Below, one piece after another: positions 28,333 to 38,094 of a stretch of DNA of 64,000 nt. This stretch comes from Christensenellaceae bacterium. Lineage in GTDB: Bacteria > Bacillota > Clostridia > Christensenellales > CALMFG01. The stretch spans positions 6,642 to 70,641 of the forward strand of contig CAXXNY010000021.1 in NCBI GenBank assembly GCA_963674805.2, written 5' to 3'. The notes below the pieces were generated by a model. That model was not told where the DNA came from and searched no databases. It worked only from the letters and a program-made list of their open reading frames with translations. How positions within the stretch are numbered: the first letter of the stretch is position 1; each line of letters opens with the position of its first letter. The position numbers were made by a program, and so were the translations under genes.

Positions 28333-28425
28333 AACATATTAAATAATAAAAATATTTTACAAAAAAAGAAGGAGATTAAAAAGAAATGTAGAATATAATC
28401 AATAAGTGTTAATAAATGAAAACGA

Positions 28426-28442
28426 GTTTCAAATAATGAAAC
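28426..28442. promoter_or_regulatory. Candidate operator palindrome (GTTTCA-N5-TGAAAC)
   Basis: GTTTCAAATAATGAAAC has perfect 6-bp inverted arms. It lies 107 nt upstream of the first gene of the operon. Confidence 0.45.
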
Positions 28443-28548
28443 AATTCTGATCAAGACATTTGAACAATAAGCCGAAACAGTTTGATCCTTAATGAGTTAT
28501 TAAAAATTGGTGCAATAAAAAATTAATGAGAAAAAATGAGGAGGAGTT

Positions 28549-29571
28549 ATGAGAGGAAAATTCGACACAAAGGATTGGAACATTGATGTTCCGCCGACAA
28601 AGTTAGCTTTTATTGGTGCGGGAATACATGCATCCAATATGCTGTTCCCGAGTCTGCATTATTTGGATTCGATCGAACGTGTGGCCGTATGCGATTTAGA
28701 TCTTGACCGCGCTGAAAAAATCAGAGTGGAGTTCGGATTTAAAAAGGCTTATCAGGACTACAAAGAAATGTTTGACAAAGAAGAACTTGACGGTGTTGTG
28801 GTCTGTATTAATGCGGCGGTTCATCCGAAGGTCGTGCGTGATGCCATGAATGCCGGACTGGACGTCTTTGTTGAGAAGCCCGCAACCGTAACGCCGGAAG
28901 AATCGAAAGACCTTTGGGAAATGGCTTGCGATCTCAAACGTATTGTCATGGTCGACCACCAAAAACGCGGTTCGATCGCATATAGAAAAGCATTGGATAT
29001 CACAAAAGATCCCGATTTCGGCGAAGTAATGATGATCGAATCAAAATCACATGGCTACCCTTATTCAACTTTTTTAACAGGACTGATGGAATGGCATATC
29101 CACGTGATTGATGTTTTCAGAATGTTCGGCGGGGATATCGGAGAAGTCAAGGTATTGGGCAACAAGCGGGGCATAGACAGAAGCCCGGTGGGCCTTATTT
29201 GTAACTTCGAAAGCGGCGTGCTCGGCGTAGGCGCTTGGGGGACTGAAGGAAACCGCGGCTGCCACAGCGAAAAACTGGAAGTCGTTGCGCACCGGTGTGC
29301 CGTCATGGTTGAGAACGCCAGAAAGGTTACCTATTACGAAGATAATAATTCCCAGCAGTGGGAAAGTGACTGGGTACCGCTGAGTGTCAATATGACGCAT
29401 GTCTTAGACGGGTATGTTCCGAACATTAAAACATTCTGTGATGCGATTCAATCCAGAGAGATGCCGCATCCGAGTCTGTATGATGAATGGAAGAACCTCG
29501 AATTAATTTATGAAATATGCGATCAGCTCGGTTTTGAGAAAAAATGGGATATCGTTATCGGAGAAAGGTAG
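28549..29571 (+). CDS. Gfo/Idh/MocA family oxidoreductase
   Basis: GGAGGAG RBS, a Rossmann N-terminus (LAFIGAGIHASN) and VFVEKP. Confidence 0.8.
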   Translation: MRGKFDTKDWNIDVPPTKLAFIGAGIHASNMLFPSLHYLDSIERVAVCDLDLDRAEKIRVEFGFKKAYQDYKEMFDKEELDGVVVCINAAVHPKVVRDAMNAGLDVFVEKPATVTPEESKDLWEMACDLKRIVMVDHQKRGSIAYRKALDITKDPDFGEVMMIESKSHGYPYSTFLTGLMEWHIHVIDVFRMFGGDIGEVKVLGNKRGIDRSPVGLICNFESGVLGVGAWGTEGNRGCHSEKLEVVAHRCAVMVENARKVTYYEDNNSQQWESDWVPLSVNMTHVLDGYVPNIKTFCDAIQSREMPHPSLYDEWKNLELIYEICDQLGFEKKWDIVIGER

Positions 29572-29576
29572 GCAAA

Positions 29577-31022
29577 ATGAGAGATACGTTTAAACAATAT
29601 TTGATGTATGACGAATTAAGAACAATTGTCGGAGATCAAAATCTGACTGATTTGGAATGCGATTTGGATTCGTACTCCCTTGACGGCTGGTGGCCGTCAC
29701 GCGTATGGATGAACAGCGGAAGCAAACCGCCGAGACCCGATGTGATTGTCTTTCCGGAATCGACCGAACAGGTATCACAGGTGGTGAAGTTCGCAAACCG
29801 GAATGATATACCAATCGTTCCAAGGGGCGGCGGTGCCGGCGGGCTTGGCGGTGTTATCGCCGTTGACGGCGGTATCTTAATTGATATGAAAAAAATGAAC
29901 CGTGTGCTCGATATTGATGAGATGAGCTATAACGTGAATGTCCAGACGGGCATTATGCAGATTGATCTGGAAACACATCTCAATAACAAAGGATACACGT
30001 TGAACCATTTCCCGGCTTCCATGTATTGCTCGACACTGGGCGGCTTCCTGTCCTGCAGAGGATCAGGGCATTTTTCCAGCAAGTACGGCAAAGTGGAAGA
30101 CATGGTAATTAATCTGGAAGCAGTTCTGCCCGACGGGACGATTGTGAAGAGCCTTCCGATTCCGGTCCATTCAACAGGCCCGAGTTTTGAGAAACTGTTT
30201 TTAGGCGCTGAAGGTGTCTACGGAATCATCACGAGCGTCACACTAAAAATTAAAAAACTGCCCGAAAAGCTGTCGTTCAGAGCGTTATTGTTCGACAGTC
30301 TCCATTCGGCGCTGGAATCCGCACGGGAGATTATGGTCAGTGGATTAAAGCCATCCGTGGTCCGTATTTATGATGAAAATGACACCAAAGTCATGGTCGA
30401 AAAAGTGCTCGGAATCAAGATTGAAACCGGGGGTTATATGGTTATCGGCTTTGACGGTTTTAAAGAAATCGTTGATGTCGAGGAAAAAGTCGCGATGGAT
30501 ATCTGCTTTAAGAACGGCGCAAAAGACTTAGGCCCTGAACCGGGATGGAATTGGTGGAAAAAGCGCTTTGACTTTTATTATCCGCCGTTCACGCTGGAAT
30601 CATCGAAATGTCTTTACGGCGTGCTGGATTCATGCGCGCTGCATAAGGATATTGAAAACGTCTACAACGGGATGAAAAAAGCGATAGAAACCGAGTTTAA
30701 GCAATGGGGCGTGAAATACGTGGCGCACTTCTCTCACTGGTATGACTGGGGCGCATCCGTATATCCGAACTTTATCATCGAAAAACCGCCAACCGACATA
30801 CAGGAAGCTATTGAACTCAACAACCGGATTTGGACGGCGGGTGCGAAAGCGATCATGGAAAACGGAGGCGTCTTAAACGAGCACCACGGCATCGGCATCC
30901 AGCTGGCGCGCCATATGAGAGAACAATACGGGGATGCATTTGGTGTTTTGGAAAGGGTTAAAAAAGCGCTGGATCCAAACAGGATTATGAATATTGGAAA
31001 GTTGGGGATTATAGGAAAATGA
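29577..31022 (+). CDS. FAD-binding (PCMH-type) oxidase, GlcD / alkyl-DHAP-synthase-like
   Basis: ATG at 29577 after GGAGAAAGG. It has PDVIVFPESTEQVSQVV and IVPRGGGAGGLGG motifs and a C-terminal HHGIG motif. Confidence 0.8.
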   Translation: MRDTFKQYLMYDELRTIVGDQNLTDLECDLDSYSLDGWWPSRVWMNSGSKPPRPDVIVFPESTEQVSQVVKFANRNDIPIVPRGGGAGGLGGVIAVDGGILIDMKKMNRVLDIDEMSYNVNVQTGIMQIDLETHLNNKGYTLNHFPASMYCSTLGGFLSCRGSGHFSSKYGKVEDMVINLEAVLPDGTIVKSLPIPVHSTGPSFEKLFLGAEGVYGIITSVTLKIKKLPEKLSFRALLFDSLHSALESAREIMVSGLKPSVVRIYDENDTKVMVEKVLGIKIETGGYMVIGFDGFKEIVDVEEKVAMDICFKNGAKDLGPEPGWNWWKKRFDFYYPPFTLESSKCLYGVLDSCALHKDIENVYNGMKKAIETEFKQWGVKYVAHFSHWYDWGASVYPNFIIEKPPTDIQEAIELNNRIWTAGAKAIMENGGVLNEHHGIGIQLARHMREQYGDAFGVLERVKKALDPNRIMNIGKLGIIGK

Positions 31023-32047
31023 AAAACATACAAAAACATATCAAAACATTAGAAGAATGGCGCAACTGCCCGATGTCCAACTTTATCTGTTCCGTTGGGA
31101 TAGAGACCAGGCTGGAAACCAATATGCCGAGAGGCAAGATGCTGCTTTTATCCTTAATGAATGAGGGCGTCAGAGAATGGGACGAAGAAAAAGTCACCCG
31201 TGTATATGAATGCTGCCTTTGCGGTCTTTGCACCCAGTGCGGCTTTGATGACACAGATATTCCGGCGGCGATGTCTGCCGGACGGGCGGACATCAATGAA
31301 GCGGGCCTGCAGCCGAAGGCGGTCAAGGATCTGGCGAAAAAGATACAAGACAGCAGTGTATGGGAAAAAGCGGATGTATCAAGCATGGCCGGCAAAGCGG
31401 TTGTATTCATTACTGCCGATCAGGATAATGCAAAAACATTTGAAAAAATCGCCGAAAAAGCAGGCGTGGATGTCAGCGTTATCTATGAAGGCCAATATGA
31501 CAGCGCGCTTTTATATGAGCTGGGCGTCTGGGACTTAAGCAAGAAATACTTAGATAAAATCATTAAAATCACAGAAGATAAAAAAGTAAAACACGTTGTC
31601 ATCGACTCTCCGCATCTTTGGGACAGACTGAAGAGCAATGAAAAAATTGTATCGGTTAGCGAATACTTAAAATCTCTGATCGACAGCGGTGCACTGGAAC
31701 TAAAGGATTCAGAGTTAAGCAATGTTTCTTACCATGATCCGTGTAAGCTTGTCCGGAACAAAGAGGATGAAACCACGGTCAGAGGCATCTTTAAAAAGGC
31801 AAATATTCAATTAAAGGAATTAAGGTGGAACAAAAAAGACGCGAAATGCTGCGGAGGCCCCTCGCTTAAGGTTTGTGCACCAGAGATTTCAAAAAAAATC
31901 ACACAACGGCGCACCGAACAGGTGAAAGAAATTGGCGCAGATAAGCTGATTGTTTCCTGCAACCATTGCTATACCAATTTTGTTGAAAACAAACCGGACT
32001 TTAAGGTTATAAAGCTTATCGACTTTATCCTTGAATCAGCGAAGTAG
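31019..32047 (+). CDS. (Fe-S)-binding protein with CCG domains (GlcF / HdrD-like)
   Basis: CxxCxxCxxC cluster (CCLCGLCTQCG), YHDPCKL and CCGG motifs. The start overlaps the oxidase stop. Confidence 0.75.
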   Translation: MKNIQKHIKTLEEWRNCPMSNFICSVGIETRLETNMPRGKMLLLSLMNEGVREWDEEKVTRVYECCLCGLCTQCGFDDTDIPAAMSAGRADINEAGLQPKAVKDLAKKIQDSSVWEKADVSSMAGKAVVFITADQDNAKTFEKIAEKAGVDVSVIYEGQYDSALLYELGVWDLSKKYLDKIIKITEDKKVKHVVIDSPHLWDRLKSNEKIVSVSEYLKSLIDSGALELKDSELSNVSYHDPCKLVRNKEDETTVRGIFKKANIQLKELRWNKKDAKCCGGPSLKVCAPEISKKITQRRTEQVKEIGADKLIVSCNHCYTNFVENKPDFKVIKLIDFILESAK

Positions 32048-32072
32048 TGTAAAAGAAAAGGACAAAAAGGTT

Positions 32073-33581
32073 ATGACATACCATCTAGGCATAGATACCG
32101 GCACAAGCAGCTGTAAAGTAGCGCTGATCGATTCAAACGGAAAAATCGCAGGACGTTCTGTCGTTGAATATTCGCTTGACTACAGCCACGGCGGAACATG
32201 GATAGAATTTGATGCGACCAAGTGGTACAGCGCAGCGATTGAAGCCGTGAAAATCTGCATGCAGGAAACATCGGTGAGTAAGGAACAAATACTGTCCGTT
32301 GGGCTGACCGGGCAAATGGTGAGCCTTCTCGGATTGGATAAGGACGTTAAACCCGTCCGTCCGGTAATCATGTGGATGGACCGGAGGAATATTCCTGAAA
32401 CCGAAGAGCTGAAACAGAGGATGGGTGACCAAATCAGTCACATAACCTGTAACCCAGTTAATCAACAGTACACGCTGACCAAACTGGTCTGGCTTCAAAA
32501 ACACGAACCGGAAGCCTTTGCGCGGATCGATAAGATTTTGCTCAGCAAAGACTATATCCGTTATCGGTTAACCGGGCAGTTCGCGACCGATTGCAATGAT
32601 GCATCCAGTACGCTGATGCACGATATCAGAACAAACACGTGGTCAAAAGAGATTTTGAGCGAACTGAACATTAATCCAAACGTATTGCCGGATATTTATT
32701 ATTCGATGCAAGTTACAGGCACAATAAGCAAAAAGGCTGCGGGAGAAACTGGGCTACTGGAGGGAACACCGGTCGTAGCAGGCTCAGGTGATTTAGGCGC
32801 AGAGAATTTCGCAGCCAAAGCTTTTAAACCGGGGGATTGTATGATGCGCCTGGGATCGGCGGCGGCCATGACCGTTCCGGTGAATGAACCGTTACTTGAC
32901 CCGCACATGAAGGGGATTTGCAGCGGTTACTATAAAGAAGGCATCTGGCTGATTCAGGGGACGACCCAGTCCTTCGCCCATGTGATGAGGTGGGTGAGAG
33001 ATACTTTTGCGAGCGGCGTTCTGGAAAAACCGGTTGATAATGACCTGTATAACGAGCTTGAAAATGAAGCGCAGAACATACCGGTCGGCTCAACAGGACT
33101 CATTTTTAATCCGTTTATCAACGGCGCACCTTATTGGAAGAGCTATATGAAAGGCGCTTTTATCGGTGTATCGCCGGGGCATAAACTGGGCCACTTTGTC
33201 AGAGCGGCGCAGGAAGGCGCGGCGTGTGCGCTAAAGGACGGGATGGATGACCTTGAGAAGTACAGCAAAATATCCATTTCGGAATGCGTCGTCACCGGCG
33301 GCGGTGGCAAGAGCAAAGTATGGACGCAGATGATTGCGAACCTGCTGAATAAAGAACTGATTGTGACCGAAGCCGTAGATGCGTGCACGGGTGCGGCATT
33401 GATGGGTGCAATCGGAATCGGCCTTGACCAGGACACCCTGATTAAAGGGTTGTGGGATAACTATGAAATCAACCGGATTACCGCAAACGAAGATCAGGAA
33501 CAGAATATTGAGATGTATAACCGTTACACAAAGGTGCATAAACTCTTAGAAGAACTTTATCTGAACCTGCAAAACCAATAA
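32073..33581 (+). CDS. FGGY-family carbohydrate kinase
   Basis: The start is MTYHLGIDTGTSSCK, with GSGDLGAEN and VVTGGGGKSKVWTQMIANL motifs. Confidence 0.85.
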   Translation: MTYHLGIDTGTSSCKVALIDSNGKIAGRSVVEYSLDYSHGGTWIEFDATKWYSAAIEAVKICMQETSVSKEQILSVGLTGQMVSLLGLDKDVKPVRPVIMWMDRRNIPETEELKQRMGDQISHITCNPVNQQYTLTKLVWLQKHEPEAFARIDKILLSKDYIRYRLTGQFATDCNDASSTLMHDIRTNTWSKEILSELNINPNVLPDIYYSMQVTGTISKKAAGETGLLEGTPVVAGSGDLGAENFAAKAFKPGDCMMRLGSAAAMTVPVNEPLLDPHMKGICSGYYKEGIWLIQGTTQSFAHVMRWVRDTFASGVLEKPVDNDLYNELENEAQNIPVGSTGLIFNPFINGAPYWKSYMKGAFIGVSPGHKLGHFVRAAQEGAACALKDGMDDLEKYSKISISECVVTGGGGKSKVWTQMIANLLNKELIVTEAVDACTGAALMGAIGIGLDQDTLIKGLWDNYEINRITANEDQEQNIEMYNRYTKVHKLLEELYLNLQNQ

Positions 33582-33655
33582 AGGGTGGCGTATAGACCAG
33601 CCAAAAACAATCAAAGTAAACGCATTCATAAATAAAGCAAAAGACAGGATACGAC

Positions 33656-34162
33656 ATGATTAAAAAAGCAGAAATAATCAATCAAAATGGTTTTATGGCA
33701 TACGGCACTGTGCTCAATTGGGAAGGCGCTAAGCGCTCAAGTGAAAGTGAAAACCATGAATACTGGGACGCAGTATCTGAGTTTAATACAGAAGGCCCGC
33801 TGGTATGTTCATTTCTTAAAATCAAAAAGCCGATTGCTGACCCGATTGAAGAAATGGAATGCCACTATAAAACTGAAGAATTGCTGCTTGCCGCAGAAAA
33901 TGACGTTGTCGTCATTGTTGCAAAGCCGGATCACACAAAGCAGGCGCCCGACGAAACGACCGTTAAATGCTTTTATCTCAAACAGGGAACCGGCATCATA
34001 CTGAAACCCGGCATGTGGCACGCACTGCCATGTACGGTATCTTTAAACAGCAGTATGACCTTCATCGTCTTTAAAAAATATACATCATACAGTGAAGATC
34101 AAAACACAGCCACAGATATCTTTTTCTCCAAGCTGAAAGAGCCGTTTCATGTTGAACTATGA
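33656..34162 (+). CDS. Ureidoglycolate-lyase (AllA, PF04115)-like cupin, paralog 1
   Basis: FMAYGTVL, MECHYKTEELLLAA and GMWHALP align with E. coli AllA motifs (FSAYGDVI, LERHPLGTQAFIP, NVWHHPL). Confidence 0.6.
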   Translation: MIKKAEIINQNGFMAYGTVLNWEGAKRSSESENHEYWDAVSEFNTEGPLVCSFLKIKKPIADPIEEMECHYKTEELLLAAENDVVVIVAKPDHTKQAPDETTVKCFYLKQGTGIILKPGMWHALPCTVSLNSSMTFIVFKKYTSYSEDQNTATDIFFSKLKEPFHVEL

Positions 34163-34218
34163 TTTAACTTTTTATATTTGTACGTAACCGTACAAAATAA
34201 AAAAAAGGAGAGTAAATA

Positions 34219-35283
34219 ATGAAAAAAAGAGTGAGACCTCTGGTTATTCTGTTGGTTTTATTGCTGACATCCGTATTATTTTTAAGCGGCTGCCAGAAAA
34301 CAGAAGTAGCAGAACCAGCAGGTGATCAACCGGCAGAAGAAGCAGCTGCTGCAGAGCCGGCAGAAGAAGCGGCAGAAAAGGTAAAAGTTGGGGTATCCAT
34401 TCAGGGGAACCAAAGTACCTTCTGGCAATTCGTTGTAGCTGGAATGGGCAAGTACTATTCAGAGAATCCGGATCTGGCTGATGTTGACCTTGTGTTTGCA
34501 GATGATGACGCTGTAAAACAGATTACACAGGTTGAAACATTGATCCAAGAAGGAATCGACGTGCTGATCTTTAACCCAGTTGATCCGGTTGCTAGCCGCC
34601 CCGCACTTGAAGCATGTGAAACAGCAGGCGTTCCGGTTCTTGTATGTACTGACGACATCCTTCCTGAGGACCAGTATTTAAGAAAAGTGTTTGTTGGATC
34701 TAACCATGTTGCAGCCGGTGAAATGCAGATCGAAAGAGTTGTTGAAACCTGCGGCGAAGACGCAAAGATCGCTATCCTGATTGCACCGCCGGGTCACTCA
34801 GCACAGATTGGCCGCTCACAAGGTTATGCAAACGGATTGGCAAAATATCCGAACATCGAAGTGGTTGTTCAGGATACAGCAAACTGGTCAGCTGACGAAG
34901 CACTGCAGGTTGTTGGAAACTGGTTAGCAGACGGAAAAGAATTTGACTACATTGTCTGCCAGTCTGACGTTAAGATGTTAGGCGCGATCCAAGCGATTGA
35001 AGAAGCCGGAATGACAGGAAAAATCTTAACCTCTGGTATTGACGGCATTGATGACGCACTTGCTGCGGTTAAAAATGGAACAGCCGACATGACACTCTTC
35101 CATCACGGCGAAATCCATGGTTACGAAATCCTGAAGATTGCAATCCAGGTTGCAAACGGCGAAGACGTAGATGAATTTGTCTTCTATCCTTATGGCGAAG
35201 CCACAAGCGATACGATTGATGAATACCTGAAGGTTGCAGCGGACAGAAAACAGCTGGTAGAAGATTACTTTGACATCTTCTAA
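34219..35283 (+). CDS. Sugar ABC transporter substrate-binding lipoprotein
   Basis: Lipobox LSGC, an acidic Ala/Glu/Pro linker and a type I periplasmic-binding fold. Confidence 0.9.
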   Translation: MKKRVRPLVILLVLLLTSVLFLSGCQKTEVAEPAGDQPAEEAAAAEPAEEAAEKVKVGVSIQGNQSTFWQFVVAGMGKYYSENPDLADVDLVFADDDAVKQITQVETLIQEGIDVLIFNPVDPVASRPALEACETAGVPVLVCTDDILPEDQYLRKVFVGSNHVAAGEMQIERVVETCGEDAKIAILIAPPGHSAQIGRSQGYANGLAKYPNIEVVVQDTANWSADEALQVVGNWLADGKEFDYIVCQSDVKMLGAIQAIEEAGMTGKILTSGIDGIDDALAAVKNGTADMTLFHHGEIHGYEILKIAIQVANGEDVDEFVFYPYGEATSDTIDEYLKVAADRKQLVEDYFDIF

Positions 35284-35387
35284 CAAAGAGCTTTCTTCTG
35301 AAACGAATGGTGAGCGGGAGGCGACTCCCCGCTCACCAAAACTAAAATTCACGTGTAAACAAGAATCTGAAAGGGAGAAAACAGGTT

Positions 35388-36881
35388 ATGGGTGCAGACA
35401 GTTACTTGGAAATGAAAAACATCTCAAAAAGGTTCGTTGGCGTACAAGCATTGAAAAATGTTTCTTTTAGTCTTAATAAAGGCGAGATTCATGCGCTGGT
35501 CGGTGAGAACGGGGCCGGAAAATCCACTTTAATGAAGATATTGATTGGACTGCTTAAACCTGATGAGGGAGAAATATTTCTAAACGGCGAGAAAAAAGTG
35601 TTTCACAGTATGAAGGATGCGCTTGAGAACGGCATCTCGATGATATTTCAGGAATTTAATTCTGTTCAGCATTTGACGGTTGCGGAGAATATTTATCTCG
35701 GCCGCCAGCCGTATACCAAATTCAGAACAATTGATTATAAAAAAATGTATCAGGATACACAGGCGATACTCAACAAAATGGGAGTTGATATCAATCCGAA
35801 AGAAAAAGTACGCAATCTGACCGTTGCGAAAGTGCAGCTGATTGAAATTGCAAAAGCCATTTCACACAACTCGGATATCATCATCATGGATGAGCCGACG
35901 TCCGCATTGAGTAAAGCGGAAATTGAAAACCTGTTCAGGATTGTCAGTGAGCTCTCTGAGACAGGAAAGTCAATCATTTTTATTTCCCATAAAATCGATG
36001 AAATATATGCCATCTGTAAGGAGATTACTGTCCTGAGAGACGGGAATTTGATTGGATCAGGCAAGGCGGAAGAGATCAGCGTCCGCCAGCTGATAAAAAT
36101 GATGGTGAACCGGGATTTGACCGAAATGTTCCCGAAAGAAGAGGCTGAGATTGGAGAAACCGTTCTTGAGGTGAAGCATCTAACAAGAAGCGGTGAGTTT
36201 GAGGACATCAGCTTTGAGGTCAGAAAGGGCGAAATTCTGGGATTTGCCGGGCTGATGGGTGCGGGCAGAACCGAGCTGGTTGAGAGCATTTTCGGAATCA
36301 GGAAGCTGGACAAAGGCGAGATTTTAATCAACGGAGAGAAAGTCAAGATCAAACAGCCGAAGGATGCCATTAAAATGGGGATCACGATGATACCGGAGGA
36401 CCGGGCAAAAACAGGGCTGATCTTAAAGCTTACCGTAAAAGAGAATATCTTATTATCTGCACTGAAAAGATGTATGACGCTTTTCTATATCAGCAAAAAG
36501 AAAGAACAGAAGTATATTGAAGAGTATTCAAAGATACTTGAAATAAAAATGAGAAATGAAATGCAGATGGTATCGGCATTGAGCGGCGGCAACCAGCAGA
36601 AAGTGGTGGTTTCCCGTGCGCTGTTCCCGAACCCGGATATCATTATTTTGGATGAACCCACCCGGGGAATCGACGTAAAAACAAAAGCGGATATTCATCT
36701 TTTGATGTCTAAGCTGGCCCAGCAGGGGAAGGCGATTATCATGATTTCATCCGAAATACCGGAGATATTGGGTATCAGCGATCGTATCATCGTTCTCTAC
36801 GAAGGAAAGATTACCGGTGAAATCATGCGCGCCGAAGCCAACCAGCAGCAGATATTAAGCTATGCGATGGGACAAAACTAA
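35388..36881 (+). CDS. CUT2-family sugar ABC transporter ATP-binding protein (tandem NBDs)
   Basis: GENGAGKST, IMDEPTS, GLMGAGRTE, LSGGNQQKV and LDEPTRGIDV motifs. Confidence 0.9.
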   Translation: MGADSYLEMKNISKRFVGVQALKNVSFSLNKGEIHALVGENGAGKSTLMKILIGLLKPDEGEIFLNGEKKVFHSMKDALENGISMIFQEFNSVQHLTVAENIYLGRQPYTKFRTIDYKKMYQDTQAILNKMGVDINPKEKVRNLTVAKVQLIEIAKAISHNSDIIIMDEPTSALSKAEIENLFRIVSELSETGKSIIFISHKIDEIYAICKEITVLRDGNLIGSGKAEEISVRQLIKMMVNRDLTEMFPKEEAEIGETVLEVKHLTRSGEFEDISFEVRKGEILGFAGLMGAGRTELVESIFGIRKLDKGEILINGEKVKIKQPKDAIKMGITMIPEDRAKTGLILKLTVKENILLSALKRCMTLFYISKKKEQKYIEEYSKILEIKMRNEMQMVSALSGGNQQKVVVSRALFPNPDIIILDEPTRGIDVKTKADIHLLMSKLAQQGKAIIMISSEIPEILGISDRIIVLYEGKITGEIMRAEANQQQILSYAMGQN

Positions 36882-36925
36882 TAAGTTTTAAATATTATTC
36901 ATATTATGAGAAATGAGGAAAGACG

Positions 36926-37957
36926 ATGAGTACTGTTACGAAAACAAAAAAAGGGATATTCACTAAAGAAAACATTATTAACTTTGTACAGAAAAGGGCG
37001 ATCGTATTGGGCTTCTTAGCGGTTATCATCATACTCGCATTTGCGACCGATAATTTCTTTACGATTAATAATTTATTTCTGGTACTAAAGCAGACCTCGG
37101 CAATCGGAATTACCACCGTCGCGATGGGGATGCTGCTGATTATGGGCTGTATCGACTTATCGGTGGGTTCGCTCATGGCGGTAACCGGTGTGTTCTCTGC
37201 CCTGATGGTCAGCCAGTCCAATATACCATGGCTGACTTTTGCCTCAAGCTTCGGCGTTGACCCGGCATGGATCGCAATTATTGCTGCACTGGCCATGGGC
37301 GCTGCATTTGGTACGTTTAACGGTGTGATTGTTGCCAAAGGTAAAATACCGCCGTTCATCGTTACGCTAGGGAGTATGACCATAGCAAGAGGGATTGCCT
37401 TTATCATCTCCAGGGGCATGCCGGTCTCGGCACTGCTTGAGTCTTTTACCAATATCGGCGGCGGAAAAATTCAGCTGTCCCAGACAGACGCAACCTTAAA
37501 TATTAACTACACGGTGCTATTCTTCATCGGAATAATCATATTAGTCAGTTTTATCATGAGTAAACGCAGATTCGGGAGATATATCTATGCAATTGGAGGA
37601 AATGAGGACGCGGCTTTAGCGGCGGGAATTAACGTGGATGCCGTAAAAATCCAGGCATATGTTTTCTCGGGCATGCTGGTCGGTTTAGCGGGTATGCTGT
37701 CCGTATCCAGATTAAAAGCGGCGCCGCCTGCCTTTGGGAATGCCTATGAACTGGATGCGATCGCCGGATGTATCATCGGCGGTATCAGCTTTAACGGCGG
37801 AATCGGAACCATCATGTCATGTGTCATCGGAGCGCTGATTCTCACCATCATTAAACAAGGCATGGATATGCTGGATGTGCAGACGTTCTATCAGCAAATC
37901 GTCAAAGGGCTTATTATTATCTTTGCTGTCTTATTAGACAGGAAAAGGGTCGTCTAA
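36926..37957 (+). CDS. CUT2-family sugar ABC transporter permease
   Basis: Polytopic, with IDLSVGS and YAIGGNEDAALAAGINV motifs. Confidence 0.9.
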   Translation: MSTVTKTKKGIFTKENIINFVQKRAIVLGFLAVIIILAFATDNFFTINNLFLVLKQTSAIGITTVAMGMLLIMGCIDLSVGSLMAVTGVFSALMVSQSNIPWLTFASSFGVDPAWIAIIAALAMGAAFGTFNGVIVAKGKIPPFIVTLGSMTIARGIAFIISRGMPVSALLESFTNIGGGKIQLSQTDATLNINYTVLFFIGIIILVSFIMSKRRFGRYIYAIGGNEDAALAAGINVDAVKIQAYVFSGMLVGLAGMLSVSRLKAAPPAFGNAYELDAIAGCIIGGISFNGGIGTIMSCVIGALILTIIKQGMDMLDVQTFYQQIVKGLIIIFAVLLDRKRVV

Positions 37958-38094
37958 CGCAGCCGGACTAAAATATGAATCATTAAAAAAGCATGCAAAA
38001 TTGCCTGAAAAACAGGCAGGTGTAGTTTGTGTAGCCTAAAACAGAGAAAAAAGCTAAAAATAAAGAAATTTTTTAAAAATGAAAGGTGATTAAA

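Noticed and set aside
27906-28548. The possibility that the AT-rich repeat-bearing region is a degenerate CRISPR array or an IS remnant.
   Set aside because: There are only three short, imperfect palindromes at irregular spacing (190 and 110 bp). There are no direct repeats, no cas or transposase genes, and no terminal inverted repeats.
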